A DNA stretch of 63,859 nucleotides, filler included, from Octopus bimaculoides (lineage: Eukaryota): assembly GCF_001194135.2 (NCBI RefSeq). It is 7 parts of 6 records of this genome, joined end to end, with 100 filler letters (N's around TTAATTAATTAA, not from the genome) between each part and the next. Parts side by side here need not be neighbours in the genome. Positions count along the whole stretch, not along the records: positions 1 to 15,273 come from NC_069002.1; 6 more parts are not named here. One strand, 5' to 3'. The notes below the pieces were generated by a model that did no database searches, had not been told where the DNA came from, and was given only the letters and a program-made list of their open reading frames with translations. Within the stretch, counting starts at the first letter, position 1, and every line of letters begins with the position of its first letter. The position numbers and the translations under genes are program-made. Below are positions 1 to 14,746 of the stretch, piece by piece.

Positions 1-879
1 ATATATATGTATATATATATATATATGTAAGCACATATCTGCTAAACAGGGTGCAAAGTTTAGTATCACAACACCAAAAGTATAGCAACATGCTTTCATT
101 CAAAGCCGAAAAATTCTTTAAAAGCTGTTATTGAGTTTCGTATTAGCGTTCATTCGACAGTCGTGATCATACTTAAAGAAAAATTGCTATGGTTACATGT
201 AATATATGATAATATATGATAATACATGATTATAACAAATAATATTTGGTATGATGACGAACGGTAACGTGAAACGCTGCGTAAATTTTGGTTAGAGTTT
301 TTCAGCTTTATTCAGTAAATAAGCTGAATATATCGTCATCACACAGCGAAAAGTCAGAGCGATGTAAATGTGAGCGAAAGCCGTCAGTTGTGTGTATATT
401 AGTGTATTTCAGTTTGTCAACAGTGGGAGGAAGGGTCAGAGTAAAATAGCAATGCGTTAGGTGGATCCATGATCAAATTTAAAGTACAGATATTCACTGT
501 TTACTCACTGCTAAGGCTATATGAGTATCCTGCCTCTGCGCGGGTTTTTCGCTAATAAAGCAAGATGCAGGTTTGTATCAAGGAATCCGTTTTACGTTCA
601 GTACGATGGTTGATATTTGGTATCAATTTTGCTTCAATCGCTGCTCTAGGAAGGTGTTGCTAATTAAGTAACGGATCGTTCTACGAAAACGTTTACCACA
701 AATACTAAATTGTTAAATAAAGTTAACAGCTGTGTGTACTAGAATATCTATTCTAGACTGTAAATTTTACATATATACCGTTAACTCTGCCTTTCTGCTA
801 AAGAATTACAGCTAAATGTAGATGCATTGCTCTCTTCGAAATTGCTGATACAGAAATGAAAACCGCTTATGCTATGATA

Positions 880-1260
880 GTGGAGGCGCAATGGCCCACC
901 GGTTAGGGCAGCGGATTCGTGGTCATAGGATCGCGGTTTCGATTCTCAGACCGGGCGTTGTGAGTGTTTATTGAGCGAAAACACATCAAGCTCCACGAGG
1001 CTCCGGCGGGGGATTGTGGCGAACCCTGCTGTACTCTTCCACCACAACTTTCTCTCAGTATTACTTCTTGTTTCTGTTGTGCCTGTAATTCAATGGGTCA
1101 GCCTTGTCACTCTGTGTCACACTGAATATGCCCGAGAACTACGTTAAGGGTACACGTGTCGGTGGAGTGCTCAATCACTTGCACGTTAATTTCACGAGCA
1201 GGCTGTTCAGTTGATCAGATCAATTGGAACCCTCGACGTCGTAAGCGACGGAGTGCCAAC
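880..1260 (+). mobile_element. tRNA-derived SINE (octopus OR-like), full length, 11-bp TSD
   Basis: tRNA-like head with A-box-like TGGCCCACCGGTTAGG and B-box-like GGTTTCGATTCTC. The 3' half is shared with copies at 2972-3210 and 38957-39276. TSD ATGCTATGATA at 869-879 and 1261-1271. Confidence 0.9.
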
Positions 1261-1736
1261 ATGCTATGATAATATTTTCTCCTCTACAAAGCATGTAAGA
1301 AGGAAACAGCCAAATAATGAATGTAAACATTGTTAATAATACGTTAGAGTTACTCTTTATTTAAAAAAAAAGACGTGTTACAATCATTAAATATATATTT
1401 TTAACTTCTAATCTAAAAACGTTAACTTAAAGGCAGACAAACATCGCTAAAGACGATTTACTATTTACGTACAATTTAATAGAATAGAATAAAAGAAATT
1501 TAACATTACCATTAATATGACGCACAAAATAAATTAAATTCTGTGTATGTGCGTGCATATGTACAAGTATATGCGTGTGTGTACGTGTATACAAGTATGT
1601 GTGTGTCAGTGGTTTCAATTAGGCACCACAAAAATAAGACAAAGTTAGCAAAATCGCCAACAATCATGAAACAAAATGTATTTTCATGAGACAAATAAAG
1701 GAGGGAAGACAAAACAGACTATTGGAATTTTATTAC

Positions 1737-1737
<1 letters not shown>

Positions 1738-1809
<72 letters not shown>

Positions 1810-1815
1810 TTTATT

Positions 1816-1847
<32 letters not shown>

Positions 1848-1850
1848 CAT
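1738..1850. repeat. (ATT)n microsatellite
   Basis: Direct inspection. Similar (AAT)n tracts lie at about 7405-7520, 7655-7745, 36055-36185 and 46560-46620. Confidence 0.95.
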
Positions 1851-2263
1851 GATCATCATCATCACCATAGTCGTCATCACCATTATCTTCGCATTAGTAT
1901 AATGTTTTTCTTGCTTTTTTTTCGTATATATATTTATCAATATAATTCACTGGTTTTGCAGAAATACCATTTACCAACTGATTTTATAATATTTTCGCTG
2001 TAACATCATTTCCTATGCAAGTTTAATATGTTTAACTCAAATATCGATTGATGTTGTTCTTACCTCGTCATACACACACGCACACACACACACACGCATA
2101 TATATATATGTATATATATATATATATNNNNNNNNNNNNNNNNNNNNNNNNNNNNNNNNNNNNNNNNNNNNNNNNNNNNNNNNNNNNNNNNNNNNNNNNN
2201 NNNNNNNNNNNNNNNNNNNNNNNNNNNNNNNNNNNNNNNNNNNNNNNNNNNNNNNNNNNNNNN

Positions 2264-2294
<31 letters not shown>

Positions 2295-2476
2295 TACGCA
2301 AGCAATCATAGGCGCACACACCCATATAAACATATACTGTTACATTCCCATTTATTGCCGAGTCATTTAACCTTCGAGGTTTTATAGCAAGCTGTATTAG
2401 TACAATTTGCTCATTGCTTTTAATGCGCTTTCATTGGAACAACTATTAACGCAAAAATCTTCAGAAAAAAAATCAC

Positions 2477-2511
<35 letters not shown>

Positions 2512-2923
2512 GTATCAGCATCATCATTATTAATATCACTAGCACACACACACGCACACACACACACACACAGACAGACACACCCACACAAAAGATTAGA
2601 TAAATGACAAAGGAAGAAGAAACTACATAATGGACTTCATTAGATTAGGGCTGTTTCTTCTATAAGATGCAATGCGTTCATATTTAAATGTCTTATTATA
2701 TGAACCCCTATAGCTTCGCCGGATCTTCAAAAATGAGCTTCGTGTGTGAAGGTCTGATGAAACTATACGGCGTTTACACAGACACCTCACCAAGAGAGCA
2801 TTGCATGTGGAAGCAGAAACAGGTCTAAGTTAACGACGTTCAATACAAAACTTCCTGTTTCCTTGTCATTTTTTCAATTCTTTATTTAACTCTAACACAG
2901 GGTACCAGTATCACTATGTATGT

Positions 2924-2962
<39 letters not shown>

Positions 2963-2971
2963 CATCAAAGA

Positions 2972-3210
2972 GCACTCCGTCGGTTACGACGACGAGGGTC
3001 CCAGCTGATACGATCAGCGAAACAGCCTGCTCGTGAGATTAACGTGCAAGTGACTGAGAAATCCACAGACATGTGTACCCCCAATGTAGTTCTCAGGGAG
3101 ATTCAGCGTGACACATAGCGTGACAAGGCCGGCCCTTTGAAATACAGGTACTACTCATTTTGCCAGGTGTGTGGACTGGACCAACGTGAAATAAAGTGTC
3201 TTGCTCAAGG
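2972..3210 (-). mobile_element. OR-like SINE, 3' part (head lost at gap)
   Basis: Reverse-complement match to 39030-39276 and to the 3' half of 880-1260. Confidence 0.85.
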
Positions 3211-3782
3211 AAAAAAACAGGTATATANNNNNNNNNNNNNNNNNNNNNNNNNNNNNNNNNNNNNNNNNNNNNNNNNNNNNNNNNNNNNNNNNNNNNNNNN
3301 NNNNNNNNNNNNNNNNNNNNNNNNNNNNNNNNNNNNNNNNNNNNNNNNNNNNNNNNNNNNNNNNNNNNNNNNNNNNNNNNNNNNNNNNNNNNNNNNNNNN
3401 NNNNNNNNNNNNNNNNNNNNNNNNNNNNNNNNNNNNNNNNNNNNNNNNNNNNNNNNNNNNNNNNNNNNNNNNNNNNNNNNNNNNNNNNNNNNNNNNNNNN
3501 NNNNNNNNNNNNNNNNNNNNNNNNNNNNNNNNNNNNNNNNNNNNNNNNNNNNNNNNNNNNNNNNNNNNNNNNNNNNNNNNNNNNNNNNNNNNNNNNNNNN
3601 NNNNNNNNNNNNNNNNNNNNNNNNNNNNNNNNNNNNNNNNNNNNNNNNNNNNNNNNNNNNNNNNNNNNNNNNNNNNNNNNNNNNNNNNNNNNNNNNNNNN
3701 NNNNNNNNNNNNNNNNNNNNNNNNNNNNNNNNNNNNNNNNNNNNNNNNNNNNNNNNNNNNNNNNNNNNNNNNNNNNNNNNNN

Positions 3783-3828
<46 letters not shown>

Positions 3829-5329
3829 TATGTGTATATATATATATATATATATGTGTCTGTGTGTGCGTCTGTGTGTTTGTATGTGTGTGTGTGCGTG
3901 TGTGTGTGTATTTATGTATGCATATAGACATCAGATATTATCTCTCTAACAAGTGTATCTGATGAAAAATGCCTTAACTGAATAATTTTGTGACCGTTCT
4001 TTGTCTTCTAGACATCGGGTGAAATTTCGTGTGTTTCGTTGGCACCAGCATTTGCACCAAAAATAATTATCACTTCACAAACTGCTGTCTTGTAAATGGA
4101 AGAATAACTTGGGGACTGTATTCCTAGATAAATGTAAACAAAATTATCATCAAAATAAGCATGAATTTAATCAAAGATCGCACTTTACCAATTTACGGCA
4201 ACCGACCTAACCTTAGACAACAGCAAAACCTGAAACATATTTCGCTTTGCTACGATATTAGTAGATATATGATTTAAAATTGATAAATAGTAAACTGTGG
4301 TTCAATTTCTTTACTGAGCTCAACGCTGATTAAAATATTCTTCATATTCAGCTCATATTAAAGTATTTCCGAGGCATGTAACACAATGTATAGAAACATA
4401 GACGTTCAGAAAACAGTACAACGTTTAAACGAAGGTGTCTGGTCTGTCAATGGACAGACAACGATAAATATCGATAGGCGTATTTTTGTGTGCCCGTTGG
4501 TGTATATAAACGAACCAGTGATCAGAATCTCATTTGAACACTTACTGAGAATAATCAGATGCGTTTTCCGCTGCATTCTGCACCACAAAGAAATGCAAAA
4601 CTAGTTGATTTCTTATCCCAATCAATATGGTAGACAATATGAGAAAATTGGCAGTATCACTTCGAGTTTTGTTGGTGATTTAGCTGGCACGTTAATCTAA
4701 TCGAATCTGAGATGTCACGCAAACCTCTAGAGGTTTACAAACTTTATGATATTCAACTGAAGCTGTGTTAATGTGTAAAGGAACACACAGACAATAGTTG
4801 TCATGTACGTTATTAGCGTATTTCTCTGTGGTCAGAAGCATATTGAACGATCTGATTTGAGGGGCTCCTTTATTGAGAATTCCTCCTCAAAGACCATGTT
4901 CATCTCGTTGTGGCCAAGGAGGAATAGCTACTAATGTCTTTATAAACCCATCCAATTTAGTAGTATTAGCGAAGTCGCAATTCCAATTTGCATAATATTA
5001 TAACTTTTGCTGCTGGCTAATATAATTAAGCTCTAAATTATGCTGTAAGCATATGAGATATGAGATTAATACATCTATCCATGTACTGAAACAGCAGAAA
5101 TTTTAACAGACGCTCTTGGTGATTGTGTGAGAGTAAACTTAAGGTTCAAAATCAAATGAGACCTTACGTTATTATTCATTTCCACGGACTCTATATGGAA
5201 ATGTATTTCCATTTGATAGTTATTATAACTAACTGATTTTCCTTAAAAACAAAAAGAACATATAGCTTAGAGACTACGTTTCAAACTATTACTAAATATT
5301 TGGATTGACAGAATAGTTAGTGTGTTAAG

Positions 5330-6050
5330 AGTGTTTTATCATCACCAGACATGTCACTTCATGCTCTCAGGTTCAACGCCTCGACAAATTTGACCCCCTA
5401 CATGAGGTCGGATTTTCCTTTTCATAATTCCGTGGTCGATGAATAATGAACTATTCAATGATAAAACCGATTGTTTTTTTCCTACCACAAATTAATTGCT
5501 AATATGAGATTGACTAAAAATTTTGTAGCCAACTTCAGAAATCATTATCACCTAACGTACCAAACCTGTGTCAGACTGCCAGAAGTCATTTAATTTTACT
5601 GAAGGATGTGGATTGACAGGATTGTAATAATTACTGACACCCTTTCGTTGTAATTTCAAATCTCCTGCAGTATCGACTGTGTTTGTCATCTACCTTTCTC
5701 GATTAATCTACATTAGTATTGAGGTGGTGTGGTGGCACGTCGGATAAAACAATTAGCTGCATTTTCCGGCTCTTAACGGTAGGATTTCAAAACTTGTCGT
5801 GGTCATCTTCGCTTCTCATCCCTTCTAGGTCGATAATATAAAGTGCCATTTCAATATTGGGGTCGATACACTTCTGCGTCACATAATTAATGTCTTGGAT
5901 CCCTGCAATAGACGGCATCTATGTTATGAGAAAAAACTGTTATCTTGTACGCTTATACACCATGGGAATCAGGTCACGTGTGCGTCCACTCCCTTCTGGG
6001 TCGATAATATTAAGTTCTATTTAAAAAGTGGGGTCGATATACTCGACCAG
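5330..6050 (+). mobile_element. Cluster of decayed SINE fragments (family of 31794-32031)
   Basis: Repeated degenerate TTCATCC..GGTCGATAA...GGGGTCGAT motifs at about 5420-5450, 5810-5870 and 5990-6040. Confidence 0.55.
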
Positions 6051-6239
6051 CTCCAGCTCCGCAACATCGCCGGCTTTGAACCCCGCAATGGAGCGTCGTC
6101 CATTTAAGGGAAGAGCTGTAGTCTTGTGCATTTGCACGTCATGGAAACCAGGTAAATAGGGCCAATGAGTAAGTATTAGGGCTCAGGAAGCTCCCAATAT
6201 TAGACATGAAGCTTTATTACATCTAATATTATTTTTGTC

Positions 6240-6812
6240 TTTCAGATGTTTCAGTCATTAGATTTTCGTCATGCTGGAGCACCACCTTGAACGGTTCTTT
6301 AGTCGAACACATCAACATCAGGCCTTACATTTTTTTTTGTCTTCCTAAGTCAGGTGCTTATTCTATTGGTCTCCGTGCCGAACCGCTAAGTTACGGGGAC
6401 GTAAATATACCAACCCCCGTTGTCAAAAAGTTACTGGAGGACACACATGCACACCCACACAGATATATCTAAAGTCACCCATCGCATACATACATACATA
6501 CCTACATGCATACATAGATATATACACACACACACACACACACATAGATACATATATATATATATANNNNNNNNNNNNNNNNNNNNNNNNNNNNNNNNNN
6601 NNNNNNNNNNNNNNNNNNNNTATACATATATATATATATGTATATATATATGTACGACGGGTGTATGACAATTTCCGTCTTACAAAGCTTATAAATCCAC
6701 TTACAAGTTCTTGGTTGTCCTGGGGCTATAGAAGAAGACACTTGCCCAAGGTTCAATGTAGTCGGACTGAACCGAGAATCATGCAGTTGGAAAGCAACCA
6801 TCTCGTCACACC
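6240..6812 (-). mobile_element. tRNA-derived SINE (octopus OK-like) with internal microsatellite
   Basis: Matches both halves of the copy at 31062-31461, separated by (CATA)/(CA)/(TA) repeats. Confidence 0.8.
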
Positions 6813-7422
6813 CACGAATTCATCATGTATTCATACTTAATTTGTTAAAAAGGAGACTTTCAGTTATGCAGAGCGTCTTGCAATGTGGTTACAGTAATTT
6901 CCTCGATCTCAAATGAAAGATAGATAAATGCTGACAGGGAGAGTGTGATTGGATCTCAGCTCTTAAAATTAACGGAACGAAACACCGTCGTGTTTTATCC
7001 CAATTGCTACTGACACTCCCAAACCTCAACACTTAGTATGTTTAATATAGTTACCAAGTTTTATCAGTAGATACCTTAAAATAGAATGCCTAAGGAGCGT
7101 AATTGAAAATTATGAAAATGCAGATAACATTTTAAAAACGTTATTTAACATTCAATAAACATACCATATATTTTTGGTTTTATTTAACTATATATAAGAA
7201 AAGAAAATAAACACAAACAAATAGACTCGTAAAAAAACAAAATTTGTTATAAACAAAGGGAGAAGATTTCATGAGAAACTCATTTTTTTGTATAATACAG
7301 CTTGTGTTTTTTTTATTTTTACAAAAGGGACTATTGAAAATTATTCATCTATTAAATACACTTTTCTTTTCTCCTGTATGAATATAATGTTTATAATAGT
7401 AACAGTAACAACAACAATAAAG

Positions 7423-7502
<80 letters not shown>

Positions 7503-7654
7503 GATAATAATAATAATTACAGTTTCGGCATCATCGACATCGACCAAAAATAAACGAAATGAAAATAGCTGACACAAGAATATTCACAGGGGAAATTAAA
7601 ATAAAACAATTCCTCATATTGACAAGTTAAAGGGAAAAAAAAAATCTAAACAAG

Positions 7655-7705
<51 letters not shown>

Positions 7706-8542
7706 TTAATAATAATAATAATAAACAATTACAACAACAATAATAACAAATAAACAAATATATACGAAATGTTTCGAAAATAACTTCTCAACTATTGATG
7801 ATTACTGCATTAATGTATGTATGTATGTATGTATGTATAGAGTGATTGATAGATACATACATATAGATACACACACACACACACATTATATACCTACGTA
7901 TGTGTATATGTTTTTGTGTCCGTATGTGTGAGTAAGTATGTGTGTTTGTGTAGTTCTGCGTTTTTGTATGTAACTACGTACTGGGGAATGATTTGAAAAG
8001 AATGAAAAGAAAAGAAATCAATATATTGGTAGAGTAAATATTTATTATACATCCTGGTAGTTTTAGGTTTAATGATTCGGTTCCACCAGGTTTCCTGTTC
8101 GCATCGCTCAACATTTGTTGGGCCCCTGAATAAAGAAGCCTGTTATGTCATGGTATTTATGGGTGATTTTTTTTTCGCGTCCGCTCAAAATTTTAGCACG
8201 GTACACGTGTGTCCATACATACATTAAGTATACTAGTTAATGGGTCAAGTTGCGAAAATGTATTAGATCTTTACTAAACTGATTCGGTACCAGAGTTAAT
8301 ACACGCGCTTCCTTGGAAGTGAAGAGCGGACTGCTTTCGTAAACTTTTGCAACGTTTATACGCTTCTCCATCGAAAAAATTGTACTCTTCTCAGCAAAAT
8401 TACAAATTGCACTCTTCCCCACCCAAAAAGACTCTGTTTTCCGAGATGTACCCCACCGGTATTTACTCTCCAAATACCCAAATCCTACATAGTGAATATA
8501 CACATTTCGTCGTCTTTTCCCTCGCATTATGTGCTTTTATAC

Positions 8543-8574
<32 letters not shown>

Positions 8575-9350
8575 NNNNNNNNNNNNNNNNNNNNNNNNNN
8601 NNNNNNNNNNNNNNNNNNNNNNNNNNNNNNNNNNNNNNNNNNNNNNNNNNNNNNNNNNNNNNNNNNNNNNNNNNNNNNNNNNNNNNNNNNNNNNNNNNNN
8701 NNNNNNNNNNNNNNNNNNNNNNNNNNNNNNNNNNNNNNNNNNNNNNNNNNNNNNNNNNNNNNNNNNNNNNNNNNNNNNNNNNNNNNNNNNNNNNNNNNNN
8801 NNNNNNNNNNNNNNNNNNNNNNNNNNNNNNNNNNNNNNNNNNNNNNNNNNNNNNNNNNNNNNNNNNNNNNNNNNNNNNNNNNNNNNNNNNNNNNNNNNNN
8901 NNNNNNNNNNNNNNNNNNNNNNNNNNNNNNNNNNNNNNNNNNNNNNNNNNNNNNNNNNNNNNNNNNNNNNNNNNNNNNNNNNNNNNNNNNNNNNNNNNNN
9001 NNNNNNNNNNNNNNNNNNNNNNNNNNNNNNNNNNNNNNNNNNNNNNNNNNNNNNNNNNNNNNNNNNNNNNNNNNNNNNNNNNNNNNNNNNNNNNNNNNNN
9101 NNNNNNNNNNNNNNNNNNNNNNNNNNNNNNNNNNNNNNNNNNNNNNNNNNNNNNNNNNNNNNNNNNNNNNNNNNNNNNNNNNNNNNNNNNNNNNNNNNNN
9201 NNNNNNNNNNNNNNNNNNNNNNNNNNNNNNNNNNNNNNNNNNNNNNNNNNNNNNNNNNNNNNNNNNNNNNNNNNNNNNNNNNNNNNNNNNNNNNNNNNNN
9301 NNNNNNNNNNNNNNNNNNNNNTATATATATGTTTGTTTGTCTGTGATTGT

Positions 9351-9543
9351 CCACCCAGCATAGCTTGACAACCGATGGTGGTGAGTTTACGTCCCGTAAA
9401 TTAAAGGTTCGGCAAAAGAGAACGATAGAATAAGTACTATGTTTCCAAAGAATAAGTCCTGGGTTGATTTGCTCGACTAAAGGCGGTGCTCCAGCATGGC
9501 CGCAGTCAGACGACTGAAACAAGTAAAAGAGTAAAAGAGTAAA
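9351..9543 (+). mobile_element. OK-like SINE, 3' half
   Basis: High identity to 62290-62472; ends in (TAAAAGAG)n tail. Confidence 0.85.
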
Positions 9544-9671
9544 TGATATATATATATATGTGTGTGTGTGTGTGTATGTGTGTGCGTGTGTATGTGTGTG
9601 CGTGTGTGCATGTGCGTGCGTGTGTTTGTGTATATATACATACATATATAGACGTATATATATGCATACAT

Positions 9672-9723
<52 letters not shown>

Positions 9724-10199
9724 TTGTGAGAGTATGTGTGTTCATGCGTGCTTGTACTCCTGCCTGATATGTTCTGTACGTTCCTAGAGAGTTTCTGAAT
9801 GCACGGAAGCGTATATATTACGTGGCAGAAGAAATCTCCATATTTCATTGGACAAAACAAACCCTCAGACATTTTGTTCATATAAAGTTTACACTTGATT
9901 TATTTTCTTACATCGTGTCACTACCACCGCCGACACCATAACCAGTTTGACAGCATCAAGAACAACAACAACAGCAACAAACATTAGCGTTAGAATGACA
10001 ATATTTGCTAAAAACAATAGCGAAATACCTTCACACAAATAACAACGAATTCTGTATTTGTTTTTTTTCCTAAAACAGAATTAACTGAAAGAAGGAAAGG
10101 TCAAAATGATGCAAAATAACAAATTCGCCAGCAATAAAAACATCATTAACACTAAATATGGCAACAGGAACAATGCTGCTGCTTCCTCGGCAATGGACT

Positions 10200-10232
10200 C
10201 TGCTCTGGCTGATACTGCTGCTGCTACTACTA

Positions 10233-10295
<63 letters not shown>

Positions 10296-10680
10296 TTGCT
10301 ACTACTACTACTGCTACTGCGACGACGAGATGATAAATGAGAATAAAACACATCTAGAAGCAATTAAAATGAAGTTATCTTCTATATTGCTTGTGTACTA
10401 TTGACAATTTATTGTCTAGTTGTTATTTTTGTTGTGGTTCCGTCTTCTTCTTCTTCTTCTTCTTCTTCTTCTTCTTCTTCTTCTTCTTCTTCTTCTTCTT
10501 CTTCTTCTTCTCCTCCTCCTCCTCCTCCTCCTTTATCTTCTACTTCTCCTTCATTCACCTGTTCTTTCTGTTCTCTTTCTCCTCCTCCTNNNNNNNNNNT
10601 CTTCTTCTTCTTCTTCTTCTCCTCCTCCTCCTCCTCCTCATTATTATTATTATTGTTATTATTATTACTATTTTTAATAA
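10200..10680. repeat. Compound trinucleotide repeats (CTG/TAC/CTT/CCT/ATT)
   Basis: Direct inspection. Confidence 0.9.
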
Positions 10681-12494
10681 CAGTATTGCTATTGTTATTG
10701 TTGTTAATGTGTTTTATGTTGATTTTTCTTTTTTTCTCCTTTATTGTTATTAGAACGCTGGACATAAATACGATTTGTGTAACGGCTAATTTCTGGTTTC
10801 TACGAGAAGCAAAGCAATTTTAACGAGGTAAATAATTTTCCTCAACTTATTAACACCAGGCTCTGCTTCAACAGTACACATAAACTTTACAATTTCTCTT
10901 CATTACGGTTATTACAAGTGATGTTGGCGATGTTACATACTCTAGAACACCTATACTGCCTTTGTTATAAATACATAAATATATAACTATATAGGCCCAT
11001 ATAGTTTCACCATTTAATACGTCACCCCGGGTGGTTAGGTAGTTGTTCACTATTTCATTAGCATCAGGCATCTCCGTCTTCTGCTAAGAGATTGAAGCTA
11101 GAAACGAAACGCTACTGATTAAAATATTCAGCTCATATACGAAATGCAACTTGGTATACCAAAAAATAGTACAAAAATAATGAGTAAAATATTATTAGAA
11201 CTCTGGCGACTAGATGGCAAAATCGTTACCACGCCAGTAACAAGCCTTAGAGCCATTTCATCCCTCCGCTCTGAGCTCAAATTCAGCCGGGACCTACCAA
11301 GTTTTATATCATACTATTCCAATTTAAAACCTACAGTGTCAATCTAGGTTTAAAAGATAACTTTCTTACTATATCCTATTTCACCAGAAACTTTCTTATC
11401 TTCTGCACAGAACGCACACATGTCCCGTCTAAATTATATTTACTATAAAACTATCAAACACCAAACTGGCTACGCTTCAAAAACACATAGTAATACTTTG
11501 AATAAACCTGCATGGATACGTACAATTTGGATGAACTTATTACGCGTTTGAACCAACAAGATACAACTAAATGACACATCTTAAAATGCAGTAGATACAG
11601 GTGTTGGGCAGATATAGTGTTTATAATACAGTAATAAAGAAGCTTTGATGTCTCATAATTATCCATTCTTACATTAATGTCTAGAGTGTACGCTCTGTAT
11701 ACTGTATAAAATCCAAATAAACAGTCAGGATTTACCTGTCAAGTGAAATACTGTGTAATTGATTAAGTAAAACATTTTCGGCAGTTCCATGTTTTACGCT
11801 GTGGTTAACCAGTACCTGAATTGCACTAGCATTCTTGTGAGGTATCCAAATCCTTATTCATCTAGGTTGTATGTATATATATATATAAAATAAGGTGACA
11901 AATTGAATATAAATTTGATTAATATCAATTTAAAACCAGTGGCTCGGCATATTGAAAACATCTGAAGATTCAGATAAATTATATTACGCTACGGACAATT
12001 ACGTAAGTAATTTCGTTAATAGCGAAACCGGTCTAAAATTATTTCTTTATATGTTGTATCTTTTCATTTGACTTGCTCGCTTACGTTCTGGTGTTGCTGA
12101 ATTTTCTTGAGAACAATCTTTTCTTAGTGGTCAGATCGTAGGGGATCTACTTCTGGCATAAGGGATGTTCACTTAGTGGTCATCCCTCTTATATGTATGT
12201 ATGTATATGTATGNNNNNNNNNNNNNNNNNNNNNNNNNNNNNNNNNNNNNNNNNNNNNNNNNNNNNNNNNNNNNNNNNNNNNNNNNNNNNNNNNNNNNNN
12301 NNNNNNNNNNNNNNNNNNNNNNNNNNNNNNNNNNNNNNNNNNNNNNNNNNNNNNNNNNNNNNNNNNNNNNNNNNNNNNNNNNNNNNNNNNNNNNNNNNNN
12401 NNNNNNNNNNNNNNNNNNNNNNNNNNNNNNNNNNNNNNNNNNNNNNNNNNNNNNNNNNNNNNNNNNNNNNNNNNNNNNNNNNNNNNNNNNNNNN

Positions 12495-12538
<44 letters not shown>

Positions 12539-13352
12539 TCTTTTGAAGGTAGCTAAACAGTTATATACATAGGCTGTTGTAACAGGTTGTTTGTTTATCG
12601 GATCGCTTTCAGGAATACCCTCAAATAGACTACTATGTACGCCATTGCAAATCGGCGCCAACTATTTGAATACATCAGGTCATACCATATTTTTTGTCGG
12701 TGTCCTGTATCTCTGCTGATCATAGATTAGCGAAAGCAAACAAAAACGAGGAACACTATCTCGTAATTCGTATCAGAGCAATTCGTACAGACAGAATAAA
12801 ATAAAAATTTTTTGGCATCTAGTCATTCACCCTTTCACTCTTATCTCATCACTACCCTTCAACTCAAACCTTATCATACTTTTTGTTAAAACCGTTTTCA
12901 TTCCAACTTCTTTTCGTTTCTTCCTTTATCTCCATCCTCACTAAACTTGCAGAATCACATTGTTTCCCATCAGTTGCAGTCAGGCGCTAAAAAATACTGG
13001 ATGTACACATTTGATGCCTATTCTTTCCAACTTCTGTGAAATTAACCCTGTACTAGAATTCTCCTAAAACTTACCAAAGCAGTTTCATTTTATAATCTCC
13101 ATGGCAGTTTCCAAATAATATAATTTTTCCTTCTCTACAGACATTTGCCAGTCTCCATCCTTATGATAAATATAATTTTGTGATTCATATAAAACGTAAT
13201 TCGTATTATACTTATATGCATATATAATTAACTACCTACATATATACATGCACGTATACAGATACAGATGCACACACATAGAGACACACAGAGACACACA
13301 CACAGAGACACATGCGCATATATAAATGGACGTAGACAAATAGATATATTAT

Positions 13353-13443
<91 letters not shown>

Positions 13444-14746
13444 AAGTGAGAATGACATACACAAGTATATGTCTACATATGGATAGATACAGATAAATGC
13501 ACATGCTCAAACGCATATGTACATATACATATGTATACACACACACACCCACCCACACACACACACCCACCCACACACCCACACACACACACTTCTATAT
13601 ATATATANNNNNNNNNNNNNNNNNNNNNNNNNNNNNNNNNNNNNNNNNNNNNNNNNNNNNNNNNNNNNNNNNNNNNNNNNNNNNNNNNNNNNNNNNNNNN
13701 NNNNNNNNNNNNNNNNNNNNNNNNNNNNNNNNNNNNNNNNNNNNNNNNNNNNNNNNNNNNNNNNNNNNNNNNNNNNNNNNNNNNNNNNNNNNNNNNNNNN
13801 NNNNNNNNNNNNNNNNNNNNNNNNNNNNNNNNNNNNNNNNNNNNNNNNNNNNNNNNNNNNNNNNNNNNNNNNNNNNNNNNNNNNNNNNNNNNNNNNNNNN
13901 NNNNNNNNNNNNNNNNNNNNNNNNNNNNNNNNNNNNNNNNNNNNNNNNNNNNNNNNNNNNNNNNNNNNNNNNNNNNNNNNNNNNNNNNNNNNNNNNNNNN
14001 NNNNNNNNNNNNNNNNNNNNNNNNNNNNNNNNNNNNNNNNNNNNNNNNNNNNNNNNNNNNNNNNNNNNNNNNNNNNNNNNNNNNNNNNNNNNNNNNNNNN
14101 NNNNNNNNNNNNNNNNNNNNNNNNNNNNNNNNNNNNNNNNNNNNNNNNNNNNNNNNNNNNNNNNNNNNNNNNNNNNNNNNNNNNNNNNNNNNNNNNNNNN
14201 NNNNNNNNNNNNNNNNNNNNNNNNNNNNNNNNNNNNNNNNNNNNNNNNNNNNNNNNNNNNNNNNNNNNNNNNNTGTATATATATATATATATATATATAA
14301 TGTACTTCAGCTTTTTTCCGAGTTTTACTCATGCCATCCATCATAAACTGTTTTCTTTAGCGATAATATATGCAAAATGTTCCTGGTTAAATATACTTTT
14401 ATTGTGTAGCACTACTGTGTGTCGGTGACGAATCTATTCAATAGTCACTTATTATTGTCACTACGCAGTTTGTCTGCATGGCTGAAATTAATAAATGAAA
14501 CTGGTAACGCGTAGAGTCGTAGTACACGTCCACGTTTTCATTTCGTTATTCTAAAGGAAAAACAGCGAGCGCCATATAAATAAACACACAGACACGCGCA
14601 CAAACACACAGACACAGACACATACACAGACGCAGAAACACACAGTCACAAACACACATAAATATAAGCTTCAATACATACGTATACGCATGAATATATG
14701 TATATACATATATATATNNNNNNNNNNGTATGTACATTTATGTACG

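Noticed and set aside
880-960. tRNA genes (this and other tRNA-like heads)
   Set aside because: They lack a complete cloverleaf and run into SINE bodies.
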